Shown here: positions 53,126 through 63,490 of the stretch, in pieces | Position numbering within the stretch: the stretch's first letter is position 1 | Layout of the letters: the number at the start of each line of letters is the position of its first letter | From: Convolutriloba macropyga | Lineage: Eukaryota | Assembly: GCF_964194025.1 (NCBI RefSeq) | Contig: NC_134472.1 | Span: 53,568,001 to 53,632,000 of the forward strand | Length of the DNA: 64,000 nt | Direction of reading: 5' to 3' | Position numbers and translations under genes: made by a program | The notes under the pieces: model-generated | The model's database searches: none | Seen by the model: only the letters and a program-made list of their open reading frames with translations | What the model was told of the DNA's origin: nothing

Positions 53126-53811
53126 TTTTACATCGAAAATTGTTGGGAACCTTTTTTTGTTGGGAAAATTTTTAAAAATGTTTTACGAGTTCTGTGAGCT
53201 CTTTTTTGAACTGGTCAAAAAAAACTCAAGTCTTTAAAATATAGAGACTAAAACTCATTGACAAACAAAAGCAACCTTTTGTTTATTTGTAGCTTTGTTT
53301 TGTAGTCGTGCATTTCTGAAATCTGGTTTTGTTCATTATAATTTTGTCCTATTGTTTTGAATTTTGTGTGAAACCACGCTTAATATTCAGAAGTTTAAAA
53401 CATCTAAATGCAAGAAACTAACAAATCTTTCTGCAGAAAAAATGAAGAGAGCAATTGGCCCTTTTCTGTAATTAGCAGAACTTTGAGTCATACTTGAAAT
53501 AGTTTCAACTTTTTCAAGAAATTGTAGAATGTACACTGCAAAGTTTTTTAAAACTGCAAAATAAAGGGTTACGATAATGTTGACCTGACGCTACTTACTG
53601 CTGGTTACAGAAAACTTTAAACAATTTGTCAACAGCTAGATATTAGTTCAAACGAAATCTGAAAAGTTTTGAATTTAGATGAATTGAACTGTAAACTGAC
53701 AAGAAAAGTTCCCATCCGTGTTTCAATAGTTTTGTAAATTATTTCAATGAAATTGATTGAGTAAAAGTTCAATTGACCGGCTTCCAAAAAATTAAGGGGC
53801 TTAATTTTGAA
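52815..53811 (+). repeat. Left copy of ~1-kb direct duplication flanking the CRE-like insertion
   Basis: Near-identical to 57912-58891, with a few substitutions and small indels. Confidence 0.95.
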
Positions 53812-53829
53812 CTGAAAAAAATAAAAAAA

Positions 53830-53951
53830 GGGCCGTGTACACCATCCGGCATCGATGGATGTAGGTCGAAAAATAGGGTATGATAAGTAGCACTTAGTAG
53901 CCGGATGCTGCACTCCAAGCTGTTCCCCTCCAGACAGTGTAAAGACGGCCC
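53830..53951. other. 122-bp self-complementary unit (structured RNA, SINE fragment or tiny MITE)
   Basis: Pairings GGGCCGT/ACGGCCC, TACAC/GTGTA, CATCCGGC/GCCGGATG, TAAGT/ACTTA and CTGT/ACAG. Confidence 0.5.
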
Positions 53952-53987
53952 AGTCACAAAAATAAATAAAAAGTGGAGAGGAAAGCA

Positions 53988-53989
<2 letters not shown>

Positions 53990-54047
<58 letters not shown>
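53990..54047. repeat. (TA)n microsatellite at the 3' end of the CRE-like element
   Basis: About 29 TA units. Confidence 0.98.
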
Positions 54048-54048
<1 letters not shown>

Positions 54049-54135
54049 CACACATAGGGAACTAGAATGGAAGGATTAAAATAAAAATGGATCATCAAGG
54101 AATAAGCAAATGAATAAAGATAAGCAGCCAAACAC

Positions 54136-57100
54136 TCAGTGCAGCCTTTTTCCTCCACGACGGCGCCAATCGAAGTCTCACTGAGAACAAGAGGCTTGAG
54201 GGCACGACATCCCCTCAAGCAGAGAACACAGCTCCTCAGAAGTGCGAAGCTGATTTTCGTTCGGATGTAGCTTATAGTGTCGGCGTACGGCTCTCCGCGT
54301 TTTTCGCTGATCTTGGTTGCGAGTTGTTTCATAACGCGCGATGCTGATGGACCTGGACCACCCGAACAAGCAAAAACCAGTGCATTGAAGCTGCTGTGTT
54401 CGGTTTCAAGGATTCGCTCATCGTATTTATTTCGCTTGATGCTCTCGTGATATTTGTATGCATCTTTTATGGTCTTAGGCCAGCTCTTCGCATGAGGGTT
54501 GAAAATCTTCACATCGAAGAAAGTGCGATTAAAGCGGGAGCCCCACAGAACGTTTGCCTTGATGTCCAGTCGAGCGTCATCATCAGTGGTGGTGGAATTA
54601 CTCGAGAAAATTTCTCCATCGAGCGACTGAAGTTTTGGCTCTATCTGTACATCGTGGCAAACGTCATCCATCAGGTTTGCAAACACATCTCTAATTTCGT
54701 TGTGTCGTAGTTGCGTATAACCGCCTTTGGCGCAATGGAGGGCATGGGTGAGGCTGAATTCTTTCCCGCATGGGCATATGGCTGGCGTGTTCTTCGCTTC
54801 CCAGGTGTAGCGAAGTGCTATTCCATCACGGAACTCAGTCTTCGTGAGGTCAAAACCATGTTTTGACAACGGAAGCGGGTTAAGCCAGCTTGATGCTCCT
54901 TTCTCCGAGGCCAGCTGGATGGTATACTTCATTTCTGGTAGATTGTTTTCGATTCTGGATTTTTTCGAGATGAGTTCACGTTGATTGTCTGCTTTCTGTC
55001 TGAGACTGATCTTGGTTTGTTCTACTTCACATTGTTGAATATTATTGAATGACGCCAATGGTCTTGAGAGTTCAACTGATTGCTCAAGATTTTTGTGAAG
55101 ATCTTGTGGGAGGGCGATGTTAAGCCCACCCATTCTGAGAGGGAGAGAAAAAAGTTCTCTTTCCTCTTGGATTACTTCTTTGCCGACGATGTTCGGTATG
55201 ACTCGGCCAAGCCGCTCCTCCACCTTGTCCAGAACCCCGTCGATGGAAAGTGTAGTACGTCAAAGGAAGCTCAACTTCTGTTGAACCCCCTTCGTCAAAC
55301 ATGCATAGGCATTCTGGGGAGAGGTGAGAGCAAATTGACCAAGTCTGTCTAAACTTTTTGTGTATTTATTTTCTGCATCTTTCAGGAAATTTTTACTGGC
55401 CTCAGAGCTTCCGATAACTGATCCCAGGACTCGAGCGCCCTGCGTGATTTCCACATTTGTGCCTGCAAACATAGTTGACGCTTGGCGCTCGCCTCCTGGC
55501 TTAATTATCAACTGACACTTCGGAGGATTGACAAGATATCCATACTTGGGACCGAGCTCAGTGAGCTTGTCGAAGAGTGCCCTGATATCTTCTAACTTAC
55601 CGACGACGCTACCATCATCAGTATACCATTTTTGGGTCAAAGAGTCATTATGAAGTCTTGTTATTAGTGGTAGGATTGCGATTCCATACATTGCCACCGC
55701 AAGGGGATCGCCTTGTGTCGTACCTTCCTGAGACAGTATGGTCAACTTACCGATGTAGAGATGAGACGGGTGGCTATAGGAATTCTGTAAGGTAACATGC
55801 AAAGATGGGCATAAGGCTTTCACGTTCTCTAAAGCTGTTCGTCTATTGAGCACGTTAAAAGCGTTTTTGGCATCAATTAGAAGAATTGCTTCGTTTTCGG
55901 GATCATCAAAACTGTGGCGAAGCGAATGTATGGCATGTTCTATGCCACATTTCTGGCCCAGGCACAGTTGCATGTTTCCACCGAGGGATGTTAGACCTTG
56001 CCTGATGCAGTCGACAATTATGCGTCCGGTGATGCGACGCATTACTTCACCAATACCAATAGGTCTCACACCTGGACATTTATCCAGAGCCACTAGTCGA
56101 CAACCATTGTATGCAATCAAATCATCCGGTGGTATTATGGACGTGGCAAGCCTCTTAGCAAACTTGGCAACAAGCTTGCACAGGTTCGTGGAGGTTTGTC
56201 CGAAAGCAGAAAGTAGTCTACGCCAGTCATCGGCATCGAGACCTGAAGGCCCGGCACTGCCATGAGTCTTCATTGCATGCTTTCGGACGAGCCTGACACT
56301 GATTTTGTCGAAGACAGCAGGATGGTAAGGAGGCGTGCGTGGAAGTTCGCTCTGAATGCAGTTGGGCTCCAAGGGTTGACCTTCAGGATGTTTGTCGCGT
56401 AAAATTTCGAGGACCGGTCTACCCTCTATGAGATCGGTAGGTGCGAGCACGCCGCCTTTGTGCTGATCCGAAAGAACGCGAATAGCATTACTGATCTTAC
56501 CACGAGACATGAAATCGTTGAACATCTTGAGGTCAGGTTGCTGCTGTTTGTTCCTTGAATTCATTCTCATTTGGATTGCCTTCGCTTCACAGAACAGTTC
56601 TGAGAAGTTGCAGCTGTACCATGCTTGCAGTCTACGCTTGATGGTCTTATTGTTCGATCCATCGTCCGTATTCTTTGTTCGACTGAGGGTTAGGTGCGGA
56701 AGTGTCATACAGAGGGTCAGAGATATATCGGATCTATCCGTGTTTACGGCAATCGGGGACAGGACACTGTGAAGGGCTTCGGCGAACTGTTCCCCTGTCT
56801 TGTTCTTACCGAGCGTGAAGAACGAGGGCTTCCAAGTGACGACCTCGCGGTATATTTGGCGCACTGTTACCGCGTGATGAGGCTGGAAGTGGTCCCAAAA
56901 ATTAATCGACGCTGCGGCGACGGAACTTTCGGGGGCGTGCGATGTTGCAGGATCTATGAGTGCAGTGTCGGGAACGATCAAAGCGTTATGTGGTGGCTGC
57001 GTTGCGATTGCTGTTTCGGTGGCTGCGGTGATCTCAGAGCAGTTTTTGCAGCTGAAGTTTTCGGTCCAATCTTTCGCTGCGGCTAGAGCACTGCATTTCA

Positions 57101-57188
57101 CGTGCAAATATTTATAACATGTATGTCACCAGACGCCTCCCCTACGTAGGGGACCCTTGCAGAGTGGACAATGGGTTTGATCAGCCAT
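54136..57188 (-). pseudogene. Retrotransposon polyprotein: PHD finger, reverse transcriptase, CCHC knuckle and restriction-like endonuclease; two in-frame TGA stops
   Basis: ATG at 57188 gives MADQTHCPLC...W*HTC...HVKC...CKNC (PHD; TGA at 57126-57128). RT motifs GSAGPSG, RPIGIGE, IDAKNAFN, QGDPL, YTDD. The TGA at 55260-55262 is in frame with ORF 53769-55223, which carries CPCG...HALHC, RHNEIRD, RLDI...FFDV and KRNKY. The natural stop is probably TGA ~54136-54138 after a 1-nt slip. Confidence 0.88.
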
Positions 57189-57239
57189 CAAGCTGCGGGC
57201 TAGGAGTTGGGAAGGCTGCACTGAGGGGGACTAGATTAA

Positions 57240-57751
57240 GTTAATTACAGGAGAGTAGTAACAGCAACGATATTTAAAGTATTGAATGATGTTAAACAGA
57301 ATAATAGTGAAAACTTGGTTTCCATGAAAGGAGAAGTTCACGGTGTCTTTACAGAACAGGTTAGGTTGAAGAACATTTCTAAATGAGGGTGAAACAATAA
57401 ACAACTTTAGGGCACAAGAATGAGGCGATTACAGCTGGTGGGTATAACTTTGGGAACAATCAAATTATTTGGGCTAAATTTAACAATAATCAGCTGAATG
57501 AGGAATTTCCAATGCTCTATGAAAGTTTCAATACTACTACGGTGATCATTGAAGCCGGCAATTACTACAACAGTGTTCAGCTTCTGGTCTGGGTATTTAT
57601 TGATAACATCACAGAGATCTAGCAGTTTAGCACCTCGATAGGAGTGAACACAACCCTTTACTTGACCCTCGTCTACATATTTGGTACGAGAAGTACCCAA
57701 GACCAAGTCCGAGCAGCTGGAGGGAAGAGGGTAGGCATCAAAACGTTCCAT
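57240..57751 (-). pseudogene. SGNH/GDSL-esterase-like ORF1 of the CRE-like element (frameshifted)
   Basis: Block I LVLGTS, block II SYRGA, block III VIAGFND. After the frameshift, block V-like LFCKDTVNFSFHG (DxxH appears as DxxN). Confidence 0.7.
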
Positions 57752-57911
57752 TCACAGAGCCTGCTAACATTCAAAACACAAAAAAATGCTCTGAAAATGA
57801 AATCAATTAGAATGCTACGACCTGATGTGATGAAGGAAGATGGTTGGCATCAAAACATCCCATTCACGGAGCCTGCTAACATTCAAAAACACAAGAAATT
57901 GTGAACACAAG

Positions 57912-58891
57912 AAATCTCTACAAATACTAAGCATCAAATCAACAGAGGTGTAAGATAGTTTAAAAGATATTTTGTAGACTGTAAGTTTTCAAGCTTTACC
58001 GGAATCGAACCATTCCAATGAGAAGAATTTTGGTTGCAGTGGGAAAAAATGACAGAGCCCAGTAATTTTAATTTTGTTTTTAAATTATGTTTAAAAGTTG
58101 AATATATTTGTTTTTACGCGTTTTGCCTAAATATATAACTGCTTGTGTGTAATATACCTTTAGTCAAATTGAAGTGTCCTTCTTCTGCAATTGTAGCGAT
58201 GGAAATTGGCAATAAAATTTTACATCAAAAATTGTTGGGAACCTAAAATTTTTAAAAATTTTTTACGAGTTCTGTGAGCTCTTTTTTGAACTGGTCAAGA
58301 AAAACTCAAGTCTTTAAAATATAGAGACTAAAACTCATTGACAAACAAAAGCAACCTTTCGTTTATTTGTAGCTTTGTTTTGTAGTCGTGCATTTCTGAA
58401 ATCTGGTTTTGTTCATTATAATTTTGTCCTATTGTTTTGAATTTTGTGTGAAACCACGCTTAATATTCAGAAGTTTAAAACATCTAAATGCAAGAAACTA
58501 ACAAATCTTTCTGCAGAAAAAATGAAGAGAGCAATTGGCCCTTTTCTGTAATTAGCAGAACTTTGAGTCATACTTAAAATAGTTTCAACTTTTTCAAGAT
58601 ATTGTAGAATGTACACTGCAAAGTTTTTTAAAACTGCAAAATAAAGGGTTACGATAATGTTGACCTGACGCTACTTACTGCTGGTTACAGAAAACTTTAA
58701 ACAATTTGTCAACAGCTAGATATTAGTTCAAACGAAATCTGAAAAGTTTTGAATTTAGATGAATTGAACTGTAAACTGACAAGAAAAGTTCCCATCCGTG
58801 TTTCAATAGTTTTGTAAATAATTTCAATGAAATTGATTGAGTAAAAGTTCAATTGACCGGCTTCCAAAAAATTAAGGGGCTTAATTTTGAA
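57912..58891 (+). repeat. Right copy of ~1-kb direct duplication
   Basis: Matches 52815-53811. Confidence 0.95.
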
Positions 58892-59258
58892 GGGAAAAAA
58901 ACATCGATTGAACATTTGGCATTAATTGCGGGGACGGAAATTGGAAAAATTATTCCGACGGAAAAAAGTTGGCAAGCAATTGAAAATGAAGAGACAAAAT
59001 AAGCTCTTTGAATTTTCACTTGATAAGTTTTCCGTTTCTGAGGGCTGGTTTGATTCATTATGACTTTGGCCTACTGATTTTTTTATTAATCCGCTCCTAA
59101 TCATTAGAGGTTAAAAACATCGAAATGCATGAAACTTACAAACTTTTACAGAGAAACTGGTGAGATCACTCGGCCACTTTTCTGTAATCAGCAATGCTTT
59201 GAGTCATACTTGAAGAATTTTTGCTTAGCATTATTTTCGTTTTTGAGAAACAATTCTT

Positions 59259-59389
59259 AGTTCTTGCCCATTATAGCCTCCCTCCCCACCCCCCCCCCCC
59301 CCCCACAAGCTTAGTAGTCAGATAACCTATAGCCCCCAAACCTATAGCCCCCCATATAATTTCATGGGGGGCTATAATGGGAAAGACCC
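59259..59389. mobile_element. Merlin-like MITE family B copy upstream of ERLIN
   Basis: TCTTGCCCATTATAGCC ... GGCTATAATGGGAAAGACCC, the same TIR as 36206-36329. Confidence 0.7.
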
Positions 59390-59659
59390 CAATTCTTTTC
59401 TTCATTATGTAGCATTGACTGCACGCCTTATTGAAAGACGTTGACTTGTATTGGTTTGTAGCAATAACTTGACGCGTAGTTCGTAATACAGCATGCGATA
59501 TTCGCCTATTTGACATATCAACTGCAGACATAATGAAACCCTTATTCAAAATGATAAGAAATTTGAATTTTGTCTCTAATCACTAAGCAGTTTAACAAAT
59601 AATTGTAACTGTTCACAGCGCAGAAATAATGCAGGGCTGTAACTGTTTACAGGGAAGTA

Positions 59660-60634
59660 ATGAACGTTGCGGTCGCTTTAGGCTGGACGTTAGCCGTCAT
59701 TGCCGTAATGATGGGGATATCCATTCACAAGGTAGAGGAAGGACATGTCGCTGTTTACTATCGTGGAGGTGCGCTTTTGCAAACTACTGCTGGACCAGGA
59801 TACCATGTTATGATCCCATTCATCACCACATATCGATCGGTGCAAACTACCTTGCAAACTGATGAAGTCAAGAACGTTCCATGCGGAACAAGTGGTGGTG
59901 TCATGATCTACTTCGATAGGATTGAAGTGGTTAACATTCTTAGATCAAATGCCGTCTTCGATATTGTGCGAAACTTCTCCGCTGACTACGACAAAACTCT
60001 GATCTTCAACAAAGTACATCACGAAGTCAATCAATTCTGCAGTGCGCATTCTCTGCGTGAAGTATATATCGAACTTTTTGATCAAATTGACGAAAATCTG
60101 AAGCAGGCCTTACAAGCTGACATTGTCCAAATGGCACCTGGCCTTTTCATCCAAGCTGTGCGAGTTACCAAACCCAAAATCCCTGAAACTATCCGGAAAA
60201 ACTTTGAAACAATGGAAGCTGAGAAAACAAAGCTGCTGATTTCAGTTGAGAAGCAAAAAGTGGTGGAAAAGGAAGCTGAAACTGAAAGAAAGAAGGCAAT
60301 CATCGAGGCTGAGAAAAATGCTCAAGTCAACAAAATCCAATGGGATCAAAAGATCATGCAACAGGAGAGCGAGAAGCGGATTGCTGAGATTCAGGATATG
60401 GCCTACATCGCAAGCGAAAAAGCCAAAGCGGATGCCTTGTTGTACAAAGCCCAACAGGAAGCCGAAGCAAATCGTCTCAAGCTAACCCCCGAATACCTGG
60501 AGCTGAAAAAATACGAAGCTATCGGCACGAACACTAAGATATACTACGGTGCTGACATTCCGTCCATGTTTTTCGAAGCTGGTACCTTAGCACAGGGTTC
60601 AAACAATGCACCGAAACCTGAAAAGGCTGTGTAA
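59660..60634 (+). CDS. ERLIN: Erlin (ER lipid raft-associated SPFH/band-7 protein), intronless CDS
   Basis: 324 aa with an N-terminal TM anchor. [51 protein letters not shown] and [12 protein letters not shown] are characteristic of erlin-1/2. Confidence 0.96.
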   Translation: MNVAVALGWTLAVIAVMMGISIHKVEEGHVAVYYRGGALLQTTAGPGYHVMIPFITTYRSVQTTLQTDEVKNVPCGTSGGVMIYFDRIEVVNILRSNAVFDIVRNFSADYDKTLIFNKVHHEVNQFCSAHSLREVYIELFDQIDENLKQALQADIVQMAPGLFIQAVRVTKPKIPETIRKNFETMEAEKTKLLISVEKQKVVEKEAETERKKAIIEAEKNAQVNKIQWDQKIMQQESEKRIAEIQDMAYIASEKAKADALLYKAQQEAEANRLKLTPEYLELKKYEAIGTNTKIYYGADIPSMFFEAGTLAQGSNNAPKPEKAV

Positions 60635-60916
60635 ATCCTTCTTTTTCATAAGGCTTTAAACGATATACTTTCTCTTTGTTATCAGTTTCAATTCTAAGTG
60701 TTATCAGCTTTTATAGTGATGTGATTTTTCCTTTATAATGTCTGTATAAATTTTCCCTTATATCTTTTATTGTATGAGATGCCATTATTTCATGAACTAA
60801 TCAAATTGATTTTCTAAATTCTCAGTTTTCTGGAACGCACGATTTGGTGCCTGCGTGTAATTTACCTTTTAGATCAATTAAATCATTTTTGTGGTTGGTA
60901 TTTCAGAAATTAGAAG

Positions 60917-62428
60917 ATGCCGAGCATGTCTGATCGGATGTTTCTAGCTTTGACAAAGTATCGTCTGAAAAAGTACGAAAAATGCCGTGTTATATGTGAC
61001 GAAATTCTTGATAAGAATCCTCAAGATTTGGCAACCTGGGCTCTGAAAGCACAACTTTTGGCTCAAATGGTATACGTCGATGAGTCTGAGGTAGAGGAGA
61101 ACGGTATCGCCGAGGTTCTTTTGGACGAACATTCAATGTCAAAAGTTTCGAGACCTGGAACCTCTTTCAATGCAACTAATACCAATTCAAGCATCAGCAA
61201 AGCCATTCGTCCAACTACACAATCGGGCAGACCAGTTTCGGGTTTTGTTAGACCTGGATCAGAATCTGGTCGACCAGGTACAATGGAGCAAGCTCTCAAA
61301 ACAGCCAGAACTGCGAGGTCCGCGCGACCAATTTCTACTGCATCGGGTCGTTACGTCCGCTTGGGAACTGCTTCCATGATTTCGTCTCCCGACGGGCCCT
61401 TCATAAACATTGCGAGGTTGAATTTCAATAAATACGGCGCTGATCCTAAACTTGCAAAAATTTTATTCCAGTATATTTATTATCAAGAGAATGATGTCAA
61501 AAATGCAACAGAGTTGGCTGCAGTAGCAACACAGGCGACTAATTTTGGCGATTGGTGGTGGAAAATGCAACTGGGCAAATGCTACTTCAGAATGGGTTTA
61601 TATCGTGAATCCGAGAAGCAATGGAAGTCAGCGGAGAAATTGCAGCCAATGATTGATATCTATCTATACCTGAGCAAGGTGTATTGCAAGTTAGACCAGC
61701 CACTGGCGGCAATTGAAGTCCTGAAGAAAGGAATTTCATTGTTTCCAGATGAAGTGTTTCTGCTCACCAACATAGCCCGCATCCAAGAGTTACTAAACAA
61801 CGTTGAAGAGAGTCAGGAAATTTACCGAAAGATTCTAACAATTGACAGCGTCCATGTCGAATCTATAGCCAGTATTGCGACACACCATTTCTACACTGAC
61901 CAGCCTGAGGTGGCGTTGCGTTACTTTAGACGATTGTTGCAACTGGGTGTTGGCAATGCCGAAATGTTCAACAATTTGGGTTTGTGTTGCTTCTATGCAC
62001 AGCAGTGGGACATGACTTTAGGATGCTTCGAACGAGCAATTTCACTCGCTGAAGAAGATAATGTTTTGTCAGATATCTGGTACAACGTAGCTCATATCGC
62101 CATCTCGACTGCAGACAATGACTTGGCGTCTGAATGTTTAAAACTTTGCTTGTCTGCAAACTCAGACCATGCTGAGGCCTACAACAATTTAGGGGTGCTT
62201 GAACTTAAACGCGGTAACTTCGCTCTGGCCAAAGCGTTTTTACAAGCTGCTATGTCTTTGAACGGAGATTTATACGAGGCTCATTACAATTACGCAGCCC
62301 TGAGTGACCAAGTCGGGCAACTGCAAAATAGTTACGAGTGTGCTAAAAAGGCAGTGGCTGGCTTCCCTCACCACAATGATTCTCAACATCTACTTGAGCA
62401 GCTGAGCAAGCATTTTGCAATGCTTTAA
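60917..62428 (+). CDS. TTC8: Tetratricopeptide repeat protein 8 (BBSome subunit BBS8), intronless CDS
   Basis: 503 aa. RPTTQSGRPVSGFVRPG, RPGTMEQALKTART, SGRYVRLGTASM and DWWWKMQLGKCY, followed by TPR repeats. Confidence 0.96.
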   Translation: MPSMSDRMFLALTKYRLKKYEKCRVICDEILDKNPQDLATWALKAQLLAQMVYVDESEVEENGIAEVLLDEHSMSKVSRPGTSFNATNTNSSISKAIRPTTQSGRPVSGFVRPGSESGRPGTMEQALKTARTARSARPISTASGRYVRLGTASMISSPDGPFINIARLNFNKYGADPKLAKILFQYIYYQENDVKNATELAAVATQATNFGDWWWKMQLGKCYFRMGLYRESEKQWKSAEKLQPMIDIYLYLSKVYCKLDQPLAAIEVLKKGISLFPDEVFLLTNIARIQELLNNVEESQEIYRKILTIDSVHVESIASIATHHFYTDQPEVALRYFRRLLQLGVGNAEMFNNLGLCCFYAQQWDMTLGCFERAISLAEEDNVLSDIWYNVAHIAISTADNDLASECLKLCLSANSDHAEAYNNLGVLELKRGNFALAKAFLQAAMSLNGDLYEAHYNYAALSDQVGQLQNSYECAKKAVAGFPHHNDSQHLLEQLSKHFAML

Positions 62429-62969
62429 CCATTCTACCTTTTTCATAGTTTCTAGTCAATTTTGTAATATACTCATCGATATTTATTTTGAAATATTAAA
62501 AGCAGCTGTACAAGACCGCAGTACCGAAGTGTTAGTAGTTGTTGCTGTCGGTTCTGCGTTATTGCGTCTTTCAAAAGTTGGAGCGAGTTAGTGAATATTG
62601 TGTAACTTACATTCCGCCAAAGGTTTTTACGTAAACTTTACGTGGAAAAAAGATTTGAAAACTGCTTCTCATAGACGTTGGAACTCAAACCTAACGCTGT
62701 ATATACGTTAATGTATTTAGTAATATTTTCTGTTAAAATGACATTATAGTGTAAATAAACTAAATGATTTATTTTGTGCCACTTGAAACCGTCTTAGTTG
62801 AATAGTAGTTTTCATTTTTGCTTTTAAAAATATTAATCTCATTTTTGTTACCTTGAATTCATGAAGAAGCTTTTAGAGTAATTAATACAGTGGAGTTGTC
62901 AGTTTGGGTAACTTTTCAGATCTGTTTGATAGCGAATCGTATCAGATAGTGTGTAAGGACAAATCAAGC

Positions 62970-63090
62970 ATGGCAAGTTACAACAACGAGCAATTGACAC
63001 TGAAGGGCTACCTTAAGGGACACACCAACTGGGTCACCCAGATCGCCACCAACCCCCAATACCCCGACCTCCTATTCTCATCCTCAAGGG
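62970..63090 (+). CDS. RACK1: RACK1 coding exon 1
   Basis: [40 protein letters not shown]; donor GTCAGT at 63091 (phase 1). Confidence 0.93.
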
Positions 63091-63312
63091 GTCAGTCGCC
63101 AATTATAGTTGACAATTACCTCACATTCTTATGCTAATGGCACCTGAGCGTACATTGGGCTGTAACCTATTGTAATAATGGCCTACCACTATTTTAATTG
63201 TGGATTTTTAATCTCAGGAGACAGGGCAGATCCTAATCTTTTTCTGTTATAAGAAATCTGCGCACTATTCTCAATCTTGTGATTGTGTGTGAGGTGAAGT
63301 GTGTATTTGCAG

Positions 63313-63490
63313 ACAAGTCTCTGATCTGCTGGTCGCTTAACAAAGAGGACCCGAGTGGATGTTATGGAAAGCCCCAGAAGAGACTGACTGGACACAACAA
63401 CTTCATCTCGGATGTGGCCATCTCCAGCGACGGACAGTTCGCTCTCACCTCCTCCTGGGACAAGATGCTCCGACTGTGGGATCTCAACGC
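63313..63490 (+). CDS. RACK1: RACK1 coding exon 2 (gene continues beyond the window)
   Basis: Acceptor TTTGCAG ending 63312. (D)KSLICW...[42 protein letters not shown]. Donor GTTAGT at 63491. Splicing restores the conserved SRDK. Confidence 0.93.

Larger units (their letters stand above)
54048..57911 (-). mobile_element. Near-intact CRE-type non-LTR retrotransposon (SGNH ORF + PHD-RT-CCHC-RLE ORF)
   Basis: Long RT/RLE coding region, 3' (TA)n, and a flanking direct duplication. Confidence 0.9.

Noticed and set aside
53830-53951. 5S rRNA or hammerhead ribozyme identity for the structured unit
   Set aside because: Size is 5S-like, but I see no 5S sequence motifs and no correctly placed CUGANGA/GAAA core on either strand.
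53769-54135. C-terminal extension of the 484-aa ORF (YIYIYI...)
   Set aside because: Read-through into the 3' UTR, (TA)n and flank after a probable frameshift at the natural stop.
55260-57128. Both in-frame stops in the RT ORF are TGA, one at a PHD cysteine position, suggesting selenocysteine, readthrough or an alternative code
   Set aside because: Each is one substitution from the expected codon (TGY, TCA). The element has other lesions (ORF1 frameshift, C-terminal slip, YADD to YTDD), and the host genes show no internal TGA.
52815-58891. The flanking 1-kb repeats as LTRs
   Set aside because: No TG...CA ends, PBS or PPT. The repeat consists of older host repeats continuous with the outer flanks, and the insert is a non-LTR RT/RLE element.
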